DNA of 64,000 nucleotides from Longimicrobiales bacterium (GTDB lineage: Bacteria > Gemmatimonadota > Gemmatimonadetes > Longimicrobiales > Gaopeijiaceae). The translations under genes were made by a program, and so were the position numbers. The stretch lies in assembly GCA_965203485.1 (NCBI GenBank), contig OZ241892.1, forward strand, positions 2,048,001 to 2,112,000, in the 5' to 3' direction. Below, piece after piece: positions 10,041-19,454 of this stretch. Below the pieces are notes generated by a model, which saw only the letters and a program-made list of their open reading frames with translations, searched no databases and was not told where the DNA came from. Each line of letters starts with the position of its first letter. The stretch's first letter is position 1.

Positions 10041-10777
10041 TGGAGGCTGCGTCCAACGGCGAGGAAGCGGGACGCCCGCGGGTGCTGGTGATCGAGGACG
10101 ACAGCGACATCGCCGCGCTGGTCGTCTACCACATGGTGAAGGCCGGATATCGCGTGGAAACGGCGGCCAACGGGGCCGAAGGGCTCGACTGCGTGGACCG
10201 CGAGCCGCCCGATCTTCTGGTGCTCGACCGGCTGCTGCCCGGCGTGGCGGGCGACGACGTGCTGCGCTCGGTGCGCGCGGACGCCTCGACGCGCTCGTTG
10301 CCGGTGCTGATGCTGACGGCCCTCGGCGACTCGGCCGACAGGATCGAGGGGCTGGAAATCGGGGCGGACGACTATCTGGCCAAGCCGTTCGATCCGCGCG
10401 AGCTGCTCCTGCGGGCCGCCGCCATACTCCGCCGCGCCAGGGACGGCGAGACGGTCGGCGAGGCGGAGCGCGTGCTGGGAACGGGCGCCCTGCGCGTGTA
10501 CCGCGACGCTCGGCGCGTCACGGTGCACGACCGCGAAGTGGCGCTGACCCCGACGGAGTTCCGCCTGCTCGAGCGCCTGATCGAGCGCCGCGGGCGGACT
10601 CAGACCCGGCCGCAGCTTCTCGAGGACGCGTGGCCCGACGGCTGGGGCGGGCTCCACCGGCCCCGCACGCGCACGGTGGACATGCACATTCGCCGCTTGC
10701 GGTCCAAGCTGGGTTCGGCCGGCGACTGGATCGAGACGGTCCGCGGATGCGGCTACCGTTTCGTCGGGCCGGCGTGA
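10040..10777 (+). CDS. phoB: OmpR-family response regulator, PhoB-like
   Basis: VLVIEDD, DLLVLD, GADDYLAKPF, winged helix TRTVDMHIRRLRSKL...IETVRGCGYRF; upstream of phoR/pst. Confidence 0.85.
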   Translation: MEAASNGEEAGRPRVLVIEDDSDIAALVVYHMVKAGYRVETAANGAEGLDCVDREPPDLLVLDRLLPGVAGDDVLRSVRADASTRSLPVLMLTALGDSADRIEGLEIGADDYLAKPFDPRELLLRAAAILRRARDGETVGEAERVLGTGALRVYRDARRVTVHDREVALTPTEFRLLERLIERRGRTQTRPQLLEDAWPDGWGGLHRPRTRTVDMHIRRLRSKLGSAGDWIETVRGCGYRFVGPA

Positions 10778-10886
10778 CGGGGCCTGCGCCCGGCGAAGAG
10801 CGCGGGCCGGGCGCGCACCGGCGGCTTCGTCCCGGGCCCCGGGCCCGCAGGCGCGGCAAGCCGGGCCGCGTCCGGGCCGCGCGGTC

Positions 10887-12647
10887 GTGAGGCTGTCTCT
10901 GCGGTCGGTGTCGACGGCTTGGGCGGCCGGGGCCGTCGTCGCGATCACGCTGACCGCCTGGGTCGCGGGGCGAGCGGCGTTCGCCAACGCCTTCGCGTCG
11001 CGGGCCGAGCGGCAACTCGCCGGAGCGGCTCGGCTCGGCGCCGAGTTCCTGCGGATGTCGCAACACCTGCCTGCCGACAGCGTGGCCCGCGTCCTCGCGC
11101 TCGCGACCGAGCACCGTGTCAGCGTCTTCGACACGGCGCTCGCTCTCGTAGCGGACTCGGACGTGCGCCCCGGCGAGGCCGACACGCTGCAGGACCGGAG
11201 CCGCCGGACCGAGATCGAAGGCGCGCTGGACCGAGGCGCGGCCACGGCCCGGCGGCGCAGCGCGAGCGACCGGCGCCGCTACGTCTTCGGCGCCGCCCGG
11301 CTGCATTGGCAAGGAGAGCCCGCGACGATCCGCTTCGGCGCCCGCACCGACGCGCTGGAGAGAACCGCGGGCCAAGCGGCGCTCGTCGTCGCGCTGGCCG
11401 TGCTGGGCGCGAGCATCGTCGCGGTCGCGGCGCTGGACCGCTTTGCTCGCAGTCTGAAGCGGTCGCTGGCCGAAGTCCGGCGCTGGCTCGGCCGCGCCGC
11501 ATCGGGCGACGGAGACGACGAGCGCCCGGAGCTGTCCCGCACGACGGAAGTGGCCCAGATGGCCCTGGCCGCCGACCGGCTGAAGGCCGGCCTGAACGCC
11601 CGCATCGCAACGGCCGGGCGCGAACGCGACGAACTGGCGCAACTGGTGGACCAGGTCGGCGAGGGGCTCGTCGCGCTCGACCAGGAGGCCCGCATCTTCC
11701 AGATCAATCCAGCGGCGCGGCGGCTCCTGGGCTTGGCCGAGGTCGCGCCCCTGACCCCAGTCGGAGCGGTCGTGCGCGACCCGGCGCTTCGGGATCTGCT
11801 GGAGGAATCGGTGGCCCGAAGGGAGGGGCGACTGGAGCTGGGAGTGGGGGACCGGGAGCTCGACGTGCGCACCAAGCGCGGCGCCGACGGCGGGGCCGTG
11901 GTCCTCCTGGTCGACGTGACCGAGATCAGGCGGCTGGACGCGGTGCGGTCGGACTTCGTCGCGAACGCGTCCCATGAGCTGAAGACGCCGCTGACCGTGA
12001 TCCGCGCCGCCGCCGAGGCCATCGGCGACGCCGGGCTGTCGGACGAGCTGCGGACCAGGTTCGTGCGCGCCATCGGGACGAACGCCGTCCGCCTGCAACG
12101 GCTCGTGGACGACCTGCTCGACTTGTCGCGCTACGAGTCGGGCGCGTGGCGGCCGACGCGCGAACTCGTCGCGATGGCGAGCGTGGCCCGGACGGCTTGG
12201 CAAGATCTGGAAGGCGAGCCGGGTCATGCGGAAGTGACCTTCGAGGTGCACGGCGACGGGACGGCTCGGGGCGACGGGGCGGCCGTGTACCAGATCTTCA
12301 GGAACCTGTTCGAGAACGCGTTGCGCTACGTCTCGCGCGAATCGGCCCGGATCACGGTGGGAGTGCGCGCTTCGGACGACAAGGTGGCCGTGACGGTCGG
12401 AGACAACGGCGCGGGAATGCCGGAAACGGCGTTGCCGCGCATCTTCGAGCGGTTCTACCGAGTGGACGGGGCACGCTCGCGAGCGGGCGGCGGCACCGGC
12501 CTGGGCCTGGCGATCGTCCGCCATCTGGTCGTCAGCATGGGCGGCGAGGTCGCGGCGGCGAGCGCGCTGGGGGAGGGCACGGCCATCACCTTCGACCTCC
12601 CCCAGGCCGACGCCGTTCCGGCAACGAGTTCCACGGGCGCACCATGA
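10887..12647 (+). CDS. phoR: Sensor histidine kinase, PhoR-like (HAMP/PAS/HisKA/HATPase)
   Basis: DFVANASHELKTPLT H-box, NLFENA N-box, DNGAG, IFERFYRVD, GGTGLGLAIVRH. Confidence 0.85.
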   Translation: MRLSLRSVSTAWAAGAVVAITLTAWVAGRAAFANAFASRAERQLAGAARLGAEFLRMSQHLPADSVARVLALATEHRVSVFDTALALVADSDVRPGEADTLQDRSRRTEIEGALDRGAATARRRSASDRRRYVFGAARLHWQGEPATIRFGARTDALERTAGQAALVVALAVLGASIVAVAALDRFARSLKRSLAEVRRWLGRAASGDGDDERPELSRTTEVAQMALAADRLKAGLNARIATAGRERDELAQLVDQVGEGLVALDQEARIFQINPAARRLLGLAEVAPLTPVGAVVRDPALRDLLEESVARREGRLELGVGDRELDVRTKRGADGGAVVLLVDVTEIRRLDAVRSDFVANASHELKTPLTVIRAAAEAIGDAGLSDELRTRFVRAIGTNAVRLQRLVDDLLDLSRYESGAWRPTRELVAMASVARTAWQDLEGEPGHAEVTFEVHGDGTARGDGAAVYQIFRNLFENALRYVSRESARITVGVRASDDKVAVTVGDNGAGMPETALPRIFERFYRVDGARSRAGGGTGLGLAIVRHLVVSMGGEVAAASALGEGTAITFDLPQADAVPATSSTGAP

Positions 12648-13564
12648 GGACCGGCGGACCCATTCTACTGACGGCCGCATTGTCGACCGGCTGCTTCGGT
12701 GGCGCCGACGTCGTGGTCGTGGACGGGTCCAACAGCGTGGCGCCGCTCGCGGAACTCGTCGCGACGGCCTTCGGCGCCCGGCATCCCGGCAACCGCGTCG
12801 CGCTGCGGTCGTCGGGCACCGGCGGCGGGTTCCGCAGGCTGTGCGACGGAGAGACCGACATCGCGACCGCGTCCAGGCCGATGTCCGCCCGCGAGAGAGC
12901 GCGATGCCTGCAGCGCGGGGTCCGCGCGCTGGCCGTTCCGATCGCCAGGGACGGAGTGGCCGTCGTCGCGAACCCCCGGAACGCGGCCGTCGCCTGCCTC
13001 GGCCTGGCCGAACTCGCGCGCTTGTGGGAGCCCGGAAGCGCCGTGTCGACGTGGCGCTCTCTGCGGCCGAGCCTGCCCGCCGAAGCGATTCGCCTGTACG
13101 CGCCCGGCTTCGATTCCGGCACGCTCGAATTCTTCACGCGGGTCGTGGTCGGCCGCGCCAAGGCCAGCCGCGCAGACTACGGGTCGTCCGGAGACCAAGC
13201 CAGCGTCGCCCGCAACGTCGCCGGGAATCGATGGGCGACGGGATACATGGGCTATGCCCACTACGCCGCCAACCGGGGCAAGTTGCGCTTGCTGCAGGTG
13301 GACACCGGCACGGGTTGCGTCGAGCCCTCCCCCGCCGGCTTCGCCGACGGAAGCTACAGCCCGCTCGTGCGCGATCTCTTCTTCCATGTCGCCGAAGACG
13401 CGCTGCGCCGGCCGGCGGTCGCCCGCTTCGCCGCCTTCTTCGTGGCGGCCAGCCCCGGCTTGGCTTCCCGGGCCGGGTACGCTCCCATGCCGGCCGCCGT
13501 CTACGAACGGAGCCGCTCGCTGCTCGCCGAACGAACGCGTCCGCCCGGACGGGCAGGCCCGTGA
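12644..13564 (+). CDS. pstS: Phosphate ABC transporter substrate-binding lipoprotein
   Basis: LSTGC lipobox, DGSNSV, SSGTGGGF, DIATASRPM, DSGTLEFF, YSPLVRDLF. Confidence 0.85.
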   Translation: MRTGGPILLTAALSTGCFGGADVVVVDGSNSVAPLAELVATAFGARHPGNRVALRSSGTGGGFRRLCDGETDIATASRPMSARERARCLQRGVRALAVPIARDGVAVVANPRNAAVACLGLAELARLWEPGSAVSTWRSLRPSLPAEAIRLYAPGFDSGTLEFFTRVVVGRAKASRADYGSSGDQASVARNVAGNRWATGYMGYAHYAANRGKLRLLQVDTGTGCVEPSPAGFADGSYSPLVRDLFFHVAEDALRRPAVARFAAFFVAASPGLASRAGYAPMPAAVYERSRSLLAERTRPPGRAGP

Positions 13565-14586
13565 GCCGCCGCGCGACCCCGCGCGACGCCGCGAGTACGC
13601 GCGCGAGCGGACGCCCCCTCGCGCACCGGGCGCACCGTCCGGGGGCGCGGGCCGACCGGATCATGCGGCGCGTCCTCTTGGCTTGCACGCTGTTGTCGGC
13701 GGCGACCGCAGTGGTCGTGCTCGGCGTGTTGGCGGTGGGCGCCGGCCGGTTCTTCTCGGAGGTGGCCCCGTGGCGCTTCTTGGCGGGCCCCGAGTGGGCT
13801 CCGTTCGCGGAGGATCCGCGGTTCGGGGCGTTGCCGCTGGCGGTGGCGACCGGCCAGATCACGGCGGGCGCGATCGGCGTGGCGGCGCCGCTCGGACTGC
13901 TGTCGGCCGTCTACATGCAGCACTACGCCGGCCCCCGCGCGGGCCGTGCCGCCTCGGCCGCTGTCGCGGCGCTGGCAGCCGTGCCCACCGTCGTCTTCGG
14001 GTACGTGGCGCTGAACGCCGTAACGCCGGCCCTCCGCGCCGTTCTGCCCGGCATCGAGGCGTTCAACGGCGCGTCCGCGACGATCGTCGTGGGGCTGATG
14101 ATCACGCCGACGGTCGCCTTTCTGGCGCGCGAGTCGCTGGCGGCCGTGCCTCCCTCGCTTCTCGAAGCGGGCACGGCCCTGGGGGCGTCGCGTGGCCAAG
14201 TCGTCGTCCGCATCATAGCGCCCGCCGCGATTCGCGGGCTCGCGGCGTCCTTGCTTCTGGCCATGGCCCGGGCGGCAGGCGAGACGATGATCGTCACGAT
14301 GGCCGCCGGCAGCCGGGCGGACTTGGCCTGGAGTCCGCTCGAGGGGGCCCGCACGCTCACGGCCTTTCTCGCACAAGCCAACTTGGGCGACACGAGCTCC
14401 GGCGGCCCGGACGCCCAGGCCGCGCTCGCGGTCGCCGCGCTCCTGTTCGCCGTCACCTGCGCCGTCCACGCCGCAGGCAGGACTCTGTGGGTGCGCGCCG
14501 CGACGGCGGCGACCCGCGGCCACCCGACCCCGCCGTCCCGAGCCGTCCGCTACCGACGACGTCCCCAACCGGCCATCCGCGCATGA
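13561..14586 (+). CDS. pstC: Phosphate ABC transporter permease PstC
   Basis: W-P...FGALPL, LAAVPTVVFGY, EAGTALGAS, ARAAGETMIVTMAAG. Confidence 0.85.
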   Translation: MSRRATPRDAASTRASGRPLAHRAHRPGARADRIMRRVLLACTLLSAATAVVVLGVLAVGAGRFFSEVAPWRFLAGPEWAPFAEDPRFGALPLAVATGQITAGAIGVAAPLGLLSAVYMQHYAGPRAGRAASAAVAALAAVPTVVFGYVALNAVTPALRAVLPGIEAFNGASATIVVGLMITPTVAFLARESLAAVPPSLLEAGTALGASRGQVVVRIIAPAAIRGLAASLLLAMARAAGETMIVTMAAGSRADLAWSPLEGARTLTAFLAQANLGDTSSGGPDAQAALAVAALLFAVTCAVHAAGRTLWVRAATAATRGHPTPPSRAVRYRRRPQPAIRA

Positions 14587-15455
14587 CGTCCCCGACGGAG
14601 CCGACTCCGCTCGCGGAGCTCCGCCGCCGCGTCGACCTGCTCGGCCTGGCGGCGCGGCTGGCGGCCGCGGGCACAGCGGCGGCGGCCGCGGCGCTCCTGG
14701 GCTTCCTGGCGTGGCGACTCGGGCGGTCGAGCCTGAGCGGGGCGGCCGACGGCTCGTTGCCGGCCGGCGGCTGGGACGCGATCGGCGCGGCTGCGGCGGG
14801 CACGTTCTGGCTCGTTGGAACCACTGGCGCGATCGCACTGCCCGCAGGCATCGGCACGGCCCTGTACCTGGAGGAATACGCCCGCCCCAAGACGCGGATC
14901 CTCTCCGCCCTCCAAGCCGCGCTGTCGAACCTCTGCGGCGTCCCGTCGGTGGTCTACGGCGTCGCCGGACTGACCCTGCTCGTGCACGGCCTCTCCCTGG
15001 ACCGCAGCATCCTGGTCGGCGGACTCGTCCTGGCCGCGGCCGCCCTGCCCCCCGTCGCCGCCGCCTCCGCCGAGGCCATCAGAGCGGTGCCCGAGGACCT
15101 GCGCACCGCCGCGTACGGCCTGGGCGCCACGCGCTGGCAAGTCGTGCGCCGGCAGGTCCTGCCGACCGCGGCGCCGGGAATCGCGACCGGCGCTTGCGCC
15201 GCTCTCACGCGCGCGGCGGGCGAGGCGGCCCCGCTCGTCGTCGTGGGCGCCGCGTCTCTGGCCACGTTCGCGCCCGCAGGCCCGGCCGCCCCGCTGGTCT
15301 CCCTGCCGACGCAGGTATTCGCCTGGGCCGCCCGCCCGCAGGCCGAGTTCGCGGCCCACGCCTCCGGAGCGGCGCTTGCGCTGCTGGCTATCCTTCTGGG
15401 AATCAATCTCGCAACCCTTCTGTTCCGCCGACGACTGCAGCAGATCCTTTCGTGA
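14583..15455 (+). CDS. pstA: Phosphate ABC transporter permease PstA
   Basis: GIGTALYLEEYA, NLCGVPSVVYG, EAIRAVP, AAYGLGATRWQ, RAAGEAAPL. Confidence 0.88.
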   Translation: MTSPTEPTPLAELRRRVDLLGLAARLAAAGTAAAAAALLGFLAWRLGRSSLSGAADGSLPAGGWDAIGAAAAGTFWLVGTTGAIALPAGIGTALYLEEYARPKTRILSALQAALSNLCGVPSVVYGVAGLTLLVHGLSLDRSILVGGLVLAAAALPPVAAASAEAIRAVPEDLRTAAYGLGATRWQVVRRQVLPTAAPGIATGACAALTRAAGEAAPLVVVGAASLATFAPAGPAAPLVSLPTQVFAWAARPQAEFAAHASGAALALLAILLGINLATLLFRRRLQQILS

Positions 15456-16225
15456 ACGCAGGCTCTCCGCCCCCGGGCGCGCCCGTGCTTTCGTGCACGC
15501 GCCTCTCGGTGCACTTCGGTTCAAAGGCGGCGCTCTCGGACGTGTCGCTGGACGTTCCGCCCAACCGGATCGTCTCGGTGATCGGGCCGGCCGGATCCGG
15601 CAAGACTTCTCTCTTGCGGGCCTTCAACCGCACCAACGAAATGATCGCCGGAGCCCGCACCAGCGGGACAGCGCGCTATCGCGGCGCCGACCTGTACGGG
15701 CGGACCGTGGACCCGGTGGCGGTCCGGCGACGCATCGGCATGGTCTTCCAGAGCGCCACGCCGTTCCCCAAGTCCGTGTTCGACAACGTCGCGTTCGGGC
15801 CGCGCGCCGGCGGCTACAAGGGCGATCTCCACGAACTGTGCGAAGAGGTCCTCACGGCGGCCGGGCTGTGGAACGACGTCGCCGCTGAGCTGGACGCGCC
15901 CGCCCTCGCGCTCTCCGCAGGACAGCAGCAGCAGCTGTGCATCGCCCGCACGCTGGCGGTGAAGCCCGACGTCCTCCTGATGGACGAACCCACCGCCTCG
16001 CTCGACTCCGCCGCCACGGCGCGCATCGAGTCCCTCGTCCACTCCCTCAAGTCCACGTACACCATAGTGATCGCCACGCACGATCTTCCCCAGGCCGCCC
16101 GCCTTTCCGACATGACCGCCTTTCTGCGCCGAGGCGCGCTGGTCGAGTACAGTCCCACCGCGACGATCTTCACCAATCCGCTTACCCGGCAGGCGGAGGA
16201 ATACGTGACGGGACGCGCCAAGTGA
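15452..16225 (+). CDS. pstB: Phosphate ABC transporter ATP-binding protein
   Basis: Walker A GPAGSGKT, IGMVFQ..PFPKSVFDNVAFG, LSAGQQQ, LLMDEPT, EEYVTGR. Confidence 0.92.
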   Translation: MNAGSPPPGAPVLSCTRLSVHFGSKAALSDVSLDVPPNRIVSVIGPAGSGKTSLLRAFNRTNEMIAGARTSGTARYRGADLYGRTVDPVAVRRRIGMVFQSATPFPKSVFDNVAFGPRAGGYKGDLHELCEEVLTAAGLWNDVAAELDAPALALSAGQQQQLCIARTLAVKPDVLLMDEPTASLDSAATARIESLVHSLKSTYTIVIATHDLPQAARLSDMTAFLRRGALVEYSPTATIFTNPLTRQAEEYVTGRAK

Positions 16226-16917
16226 ACGAATCGCCCGCAAGGAGCCCGTTCGAGGCCGAGCTGGGCCGGCTTCAAGAACTTCTCCTGGACATGGGCGGAC
16301 GCGCCGAAGAACTCGTGCGCATGGCCCTGGCCGGATTGTCGGAGCGCGACTTGGGCCAAGCCAAGGCAGTGCGCGAAGCGGACGACGCGATCGATGCGCT
16401 GGAGATCGAAGTGGACGAGCGCGTGCTCGAGTTTCTGGCGCTGCAGCGCCCCATGGCCGGAGACCTGCGCCTGGCCTTCGTCACCCTCAAGGCGAGCAAC
16501 GACATAGAGCGCGTGGGCGACCACGCGGTAAACATCGCGAAGGCGTGCAGGCGGATCTCGGCGCACCCTCCTCTGCCGGAAATCCCAGAGGTGTGGGAGA
16601 TGGGACGGCTAGTGCGGCGAATGCTGGGCGACGCGCTGAACGCCTTCGCCAACCGCGACGCCGCCTCGGCCCGCTTGATAGCCGACGTAGACGAGCGTGT
16701 GGACGGCATGCGGCGTTCCGCCTTCCGCATCATCATTTCGTACATGCTGGAACAGCCGCGCTACATCAGTCCGGGCCTCGACACGATCCTGGTCGTGCAG
16801 AACCTGGAGCGGATCGGCGACCTCGCGACCAACATCGCCGAGGATGCGGTGTTCCTGCTGGAGGGCAAGTCGATCAAGCACACCAAGCTCGCGGAGCGGG
16901 CGGCGGCGGGGCAGTGA
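16222..16917 (+). CDS. phoU: Phosphate signalling protein PhoU
   Basis: LQRPMAGDLR, DIERVGDHAVNIA, NLERIGDLATNIAED. Confidence 0.93.
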   Translation: MNESPARSPFEAELGRLQELLLDMGGRAEELVRMALAGLSERDLGQAKAVREADDAIDALEIEVDERVLEFLALQRPMAGDLRLAFVTLKASNDIERVGDHAVNIAKACRRISAHPPLPEIPEVWEMGRLVRRMLGDALNAFANRDAASARLIADVDERVDGMRRSAFRIIISYMLEQPRYISPGLDTILVVQNLERIGDLATNIAEDAVFLLEGKSIKHTKLAERAAAGQ

Positions 16918-16936
16918 GCATCGGCGCTGCGCAAGC

Positions 16937-17767
16937 ATGAGCGTCGCCGACGACCAACCGGCCGGACAACTCGTCGCGCAGGCGCAACCACAGCCGAACC
17001 TGGTTCTGCCGTCCATGGAGGGCCGCGGCGCGATCGTCACTGGAGGCTCCAGCGGCATCGGCCGCGCCACGGCAATCGCGTTCGCGCGCAACGGCGTGAA
17101 CGTGGCCTTCAACTATCTGGACGCCGGCGCCGGGAGCCGGGCGCGCGCAGCTGAAGTCGAGGAAGAGCTCGGCGGGATCGGCGTCAAGGTCTTCGCGGCC
17201 GGGTGCGACGTGAGGGACGCGAGCGCCGCCGACGCGTTCGTCGAAGAAGCCCGCATCCGGCTCGGAGGACTGCACATGCTCGTCAACAACGCCGGCGTGG
17301 GACGGGACGGAGCGCTGTGGCGCATGAGCACCGAGGACTGGCGCGTCGTCGTCGACACGAACCTCTCGGGCGCCTTCTACTTCATTCGCGCGGCAGCTCC
17401 GCACTTTCGCGCACAGGAGTTCGGCAAGATCGTCAACGTCTCGTCGGTACACGGCCTCTCCAGCGAGTTCGGCCTTGCCAACTACTGCTCGTCGAAAGCC
17501 GGACTGGCCGGCCTGACGCGCAGCGCCGCCGCCGAACTCGGGCCCTCCAACGTCAACGTCAACGCGGTCGCGCCGGGCTACATCCGCACGACCGAGCTGA
17601 CGGACCGCGTCCCGCCCGAAGTCATGGACAAGGCCCGTGAACGGAGCGCGCTAGGCCGCCTGGGCGACCCGCAGGACGTCGCCTCGGTCGTGCTCTTCCT
17701 GTGCTCCGAAGCCGCCCGCCACATCACGGGCGCCGTGCTTCCCGTCGACGGAGGGTACCTGGTCTGA
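16937..17767 (+). CDS. SDR family oxidoreductase (3-oxoacyl-ACP reductase-like)
   Basis: TGGSSGIG, LVNNAG, YCSSKAG (YxxxK), VNAVAPG. Confidence 0.92.
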   Translation: MSVADDQPAGQLVAQAQPQPNLVLPSMEGRGAIVTGGSSGIGRATAIAFARNGVNVAFNYLDAGAGSRARAAEVEEELGGIGVKVFAAGCDVRDASAADAFVEEARIRLGGLHMLVNNAGVGRDGALWRMSTEDWRVVVDTNLSGAFYFIRAAAPHFRAQEFGKIVNVSSVHGLSSEFGLANYCSSKAGLAGLTRSAAAELGPSNVNVNAVAPGYIRTTELTDRVPPEVMDKARERSALGRLGDPQDVASVVLFLCSEAARHITGAVLPVDGGYLV

Positions 17768-17839
17768 CAACTTGGCCGGCGCCCCGGGGCGTTCGGCCGA
17801 CCGCGCGCCAAGCCGGCGGGGGCCTTCGGCAACCAGCCG

Positions 17840-17990
17840 AGCGGCCACGGTCCCTTGCAGGCGGCTCTGAAGCTCCTCGCCGTCCAGCACGTTGACGGGC
17901 CGAAGCGTCTCGGCCGCTTCCCTCGCGGTGATCGAACCCGTCACGACGAACCCTTGGGCGCAATCGGCGAGGCATACAGCTAGGCCTCGA
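17840..17990 (-). pseudogene. Possible remnant of an Mrr-like restriction endonuclease C-terminus
   Basis: Minus-strand translation QGFVVTGSITAREAAETLRPVNVLDGEELQSRL resembles the Mrr_cat end (G..VT...A.E......LIDGEEL); no start or catalytic core seen; boundaries approximate. Confidence 0.35.
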
Positions 17991-18222
17991 CCAACCCGTC
18001 GCGGGCGACGCCCGCCGGATTCGTTTCGCCGCGGGCGCGTCCCACTGCGCAGAGCGTCGAAGATCAAGCAAGCCCCCGTTGGCGCGAGCCGAGTGCGGCG
18101 TCTTCCCCCGGCGCAGGCCGTCGTCTCAGCGATAACACCTAGCGGACAGGCGCGTCAACGACGTTGCGGCGGCGGGACGGCTCGCCGCTCGCGCGCCCAA
18201 GCTTGCCGCTGGGCGGCGGCAG

Positions 18223-18296
18223 TGGGCCCAGAGGGACTTGAACCCCCGACCGTCGGATTATGAGTCCGCTGCTCTAACCGCCTGAGCTATGGGCCC
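18223..18296 (-). tRNA. tRNA with CAT anticodon (probably tRNA-Ile2; elongator Met not excluded); CCA not encoded
   Basis: GGGCCCATAGCTCAGGCGGTTAGAGCAGCGGACT-CAT-AATCCGACGGTCGGGGGTTCAAGTCCCTCTGGGCCCA cloverleaf. Confidence 0.93.
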
Positions 18297-18345
18297 GCCG
18301 CAAAGCTAGGCGGCGGCGGCGGTTCCGACCAGCCCACGGGAGCGC

Positions 18346-19008
18346 TCAAGGCTGGGCGAACAGCGTGCCGAACATCCGGTCGCCCGCGTCGCCGAGCCCC
18401 GGCAGCAAATAGCCGGCGCTGCTGAGTTGCCGGTCCACGGAGGCGGCGTAGACGGGCAGGCCGGGGTGCTCCCGGGCCAGGCGGTCCAGGCCTTCGGGGG
18501 CGGCGAGCAGGCACAGGAAGCGGATGTCGCGAACCTCCCGCTCCTTGAGCCAAGCGACAGCCGCCGACGCGGAGCCGCCGGTGCCCACCATGGGGTCCAC
18601 CAAGAAGTGGCAGGCGTGCTCCGCCCCGGACGGCAACTTCGCGTAGTACCGCGTCGCCTCCAGCGTGTCTTCGTCGCGCTCGAACCCCACGTGCCCCACT
18701 CTGGCGCCGGGAACAACTCGAAGGACGCCCTCCAGCATGCCCAGGCCGGCCCTGAGGATGGGAACGACGACGATGTCCTCTTCGTGGACCTGCGTGCCAT
18801 GGGCCGTCTCAAGGGGCGTCTCCACGCTCACGGGCTCTTCGTGGAGGTCCTGCGTGACCCGGAAGGTCATGAGCATCGCGATCTCCGTGACGAGTTCGCG
18901 AAAGCGCTTCGTCGGAGTCGCGCGGTCGCGCAGGCGGGTCACCTTGTCGCGAACCAAGGGATGCGCGACGACGACGACGTTGGGTTCGGGGGCGTTGCGT
19001 TCGGTCAT
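18346..19008 (-). CDS. upp: Uracil phosphoribosyltransferase
   Basis: HPLVRDK..LRD..T, VPILRAGLGM, LVDPMVGTGGS, GYLLPGLGDAGDRMFGT. Confidence 0.96.
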   Translation of the reverse strand: MTERNAPEPNVVVVAHPLVRDKVTRLRDRATPTKRFRELVTEIAMLMTFRVTQDLHEEPVSVETPLETAHGTQVHEEDIVVVPILRAGLGMLEGVLRVVPGARVGHVGFERDEDTLEATRYYAKLPSGAEHACHFLVDPMVGTGGSASAAVAWLKEREVRDIRFLCLLAAPEGLDRLAREHPGLPVYAASVDRQLSSAGYLLPGLGDAGDRMFGTLFAQP

Positions 19009-19454
19009 GGTGCGGCGAAGTTCGTGTAGGGTGCACGCGGTCCGGTCCCGGCCCCGCGCTGGAGGTTCGGCTCGTCCTGCCTCGGGCCCCGGTCCGGCGG
19101 AAACTGGCCAGAACCGAATCCGACGCGCAAGGCCGCCACAGCCCTTGCGACGACCGCCGCCCTCGATGGACACCATCGCCAGGCGGGACGCCTCCGCCAA
19201 GCGTTCTCGGCGGGAATCTTCGAGCCGAAGACGTTCCTGCACGCTTGGTGCGCCAGGGCGGACGCCCTCGGCCAGCCGCTCGCGAGCCGTTGCGCCGCAT
19301 CCGAGTCGCCCCGCTGGACGAAGAGGTGGCGGACGCGGGAGCGATTGGTTGCGCGAATCGCGTTTGGTGCTCAGATTTGATTGACGCTTGACACCTTGAC
19401 CCACGGGTGGGAGATTACTATGCAAACCGGGGCGGCCCGTTGACCGCGCGGCCA

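Noticed and set aside
10778..10886. Pho box or structured RNA between phoB and phoR
   Set aside because: Only GC-rich low-complexity sequence; no CTGTCAT-type direct repeats
19010..19375. Possible gene remnant between upp and the propeller gene
   Set aside because: Some frames look protein-like, but no start, RBS or family motif could be supported
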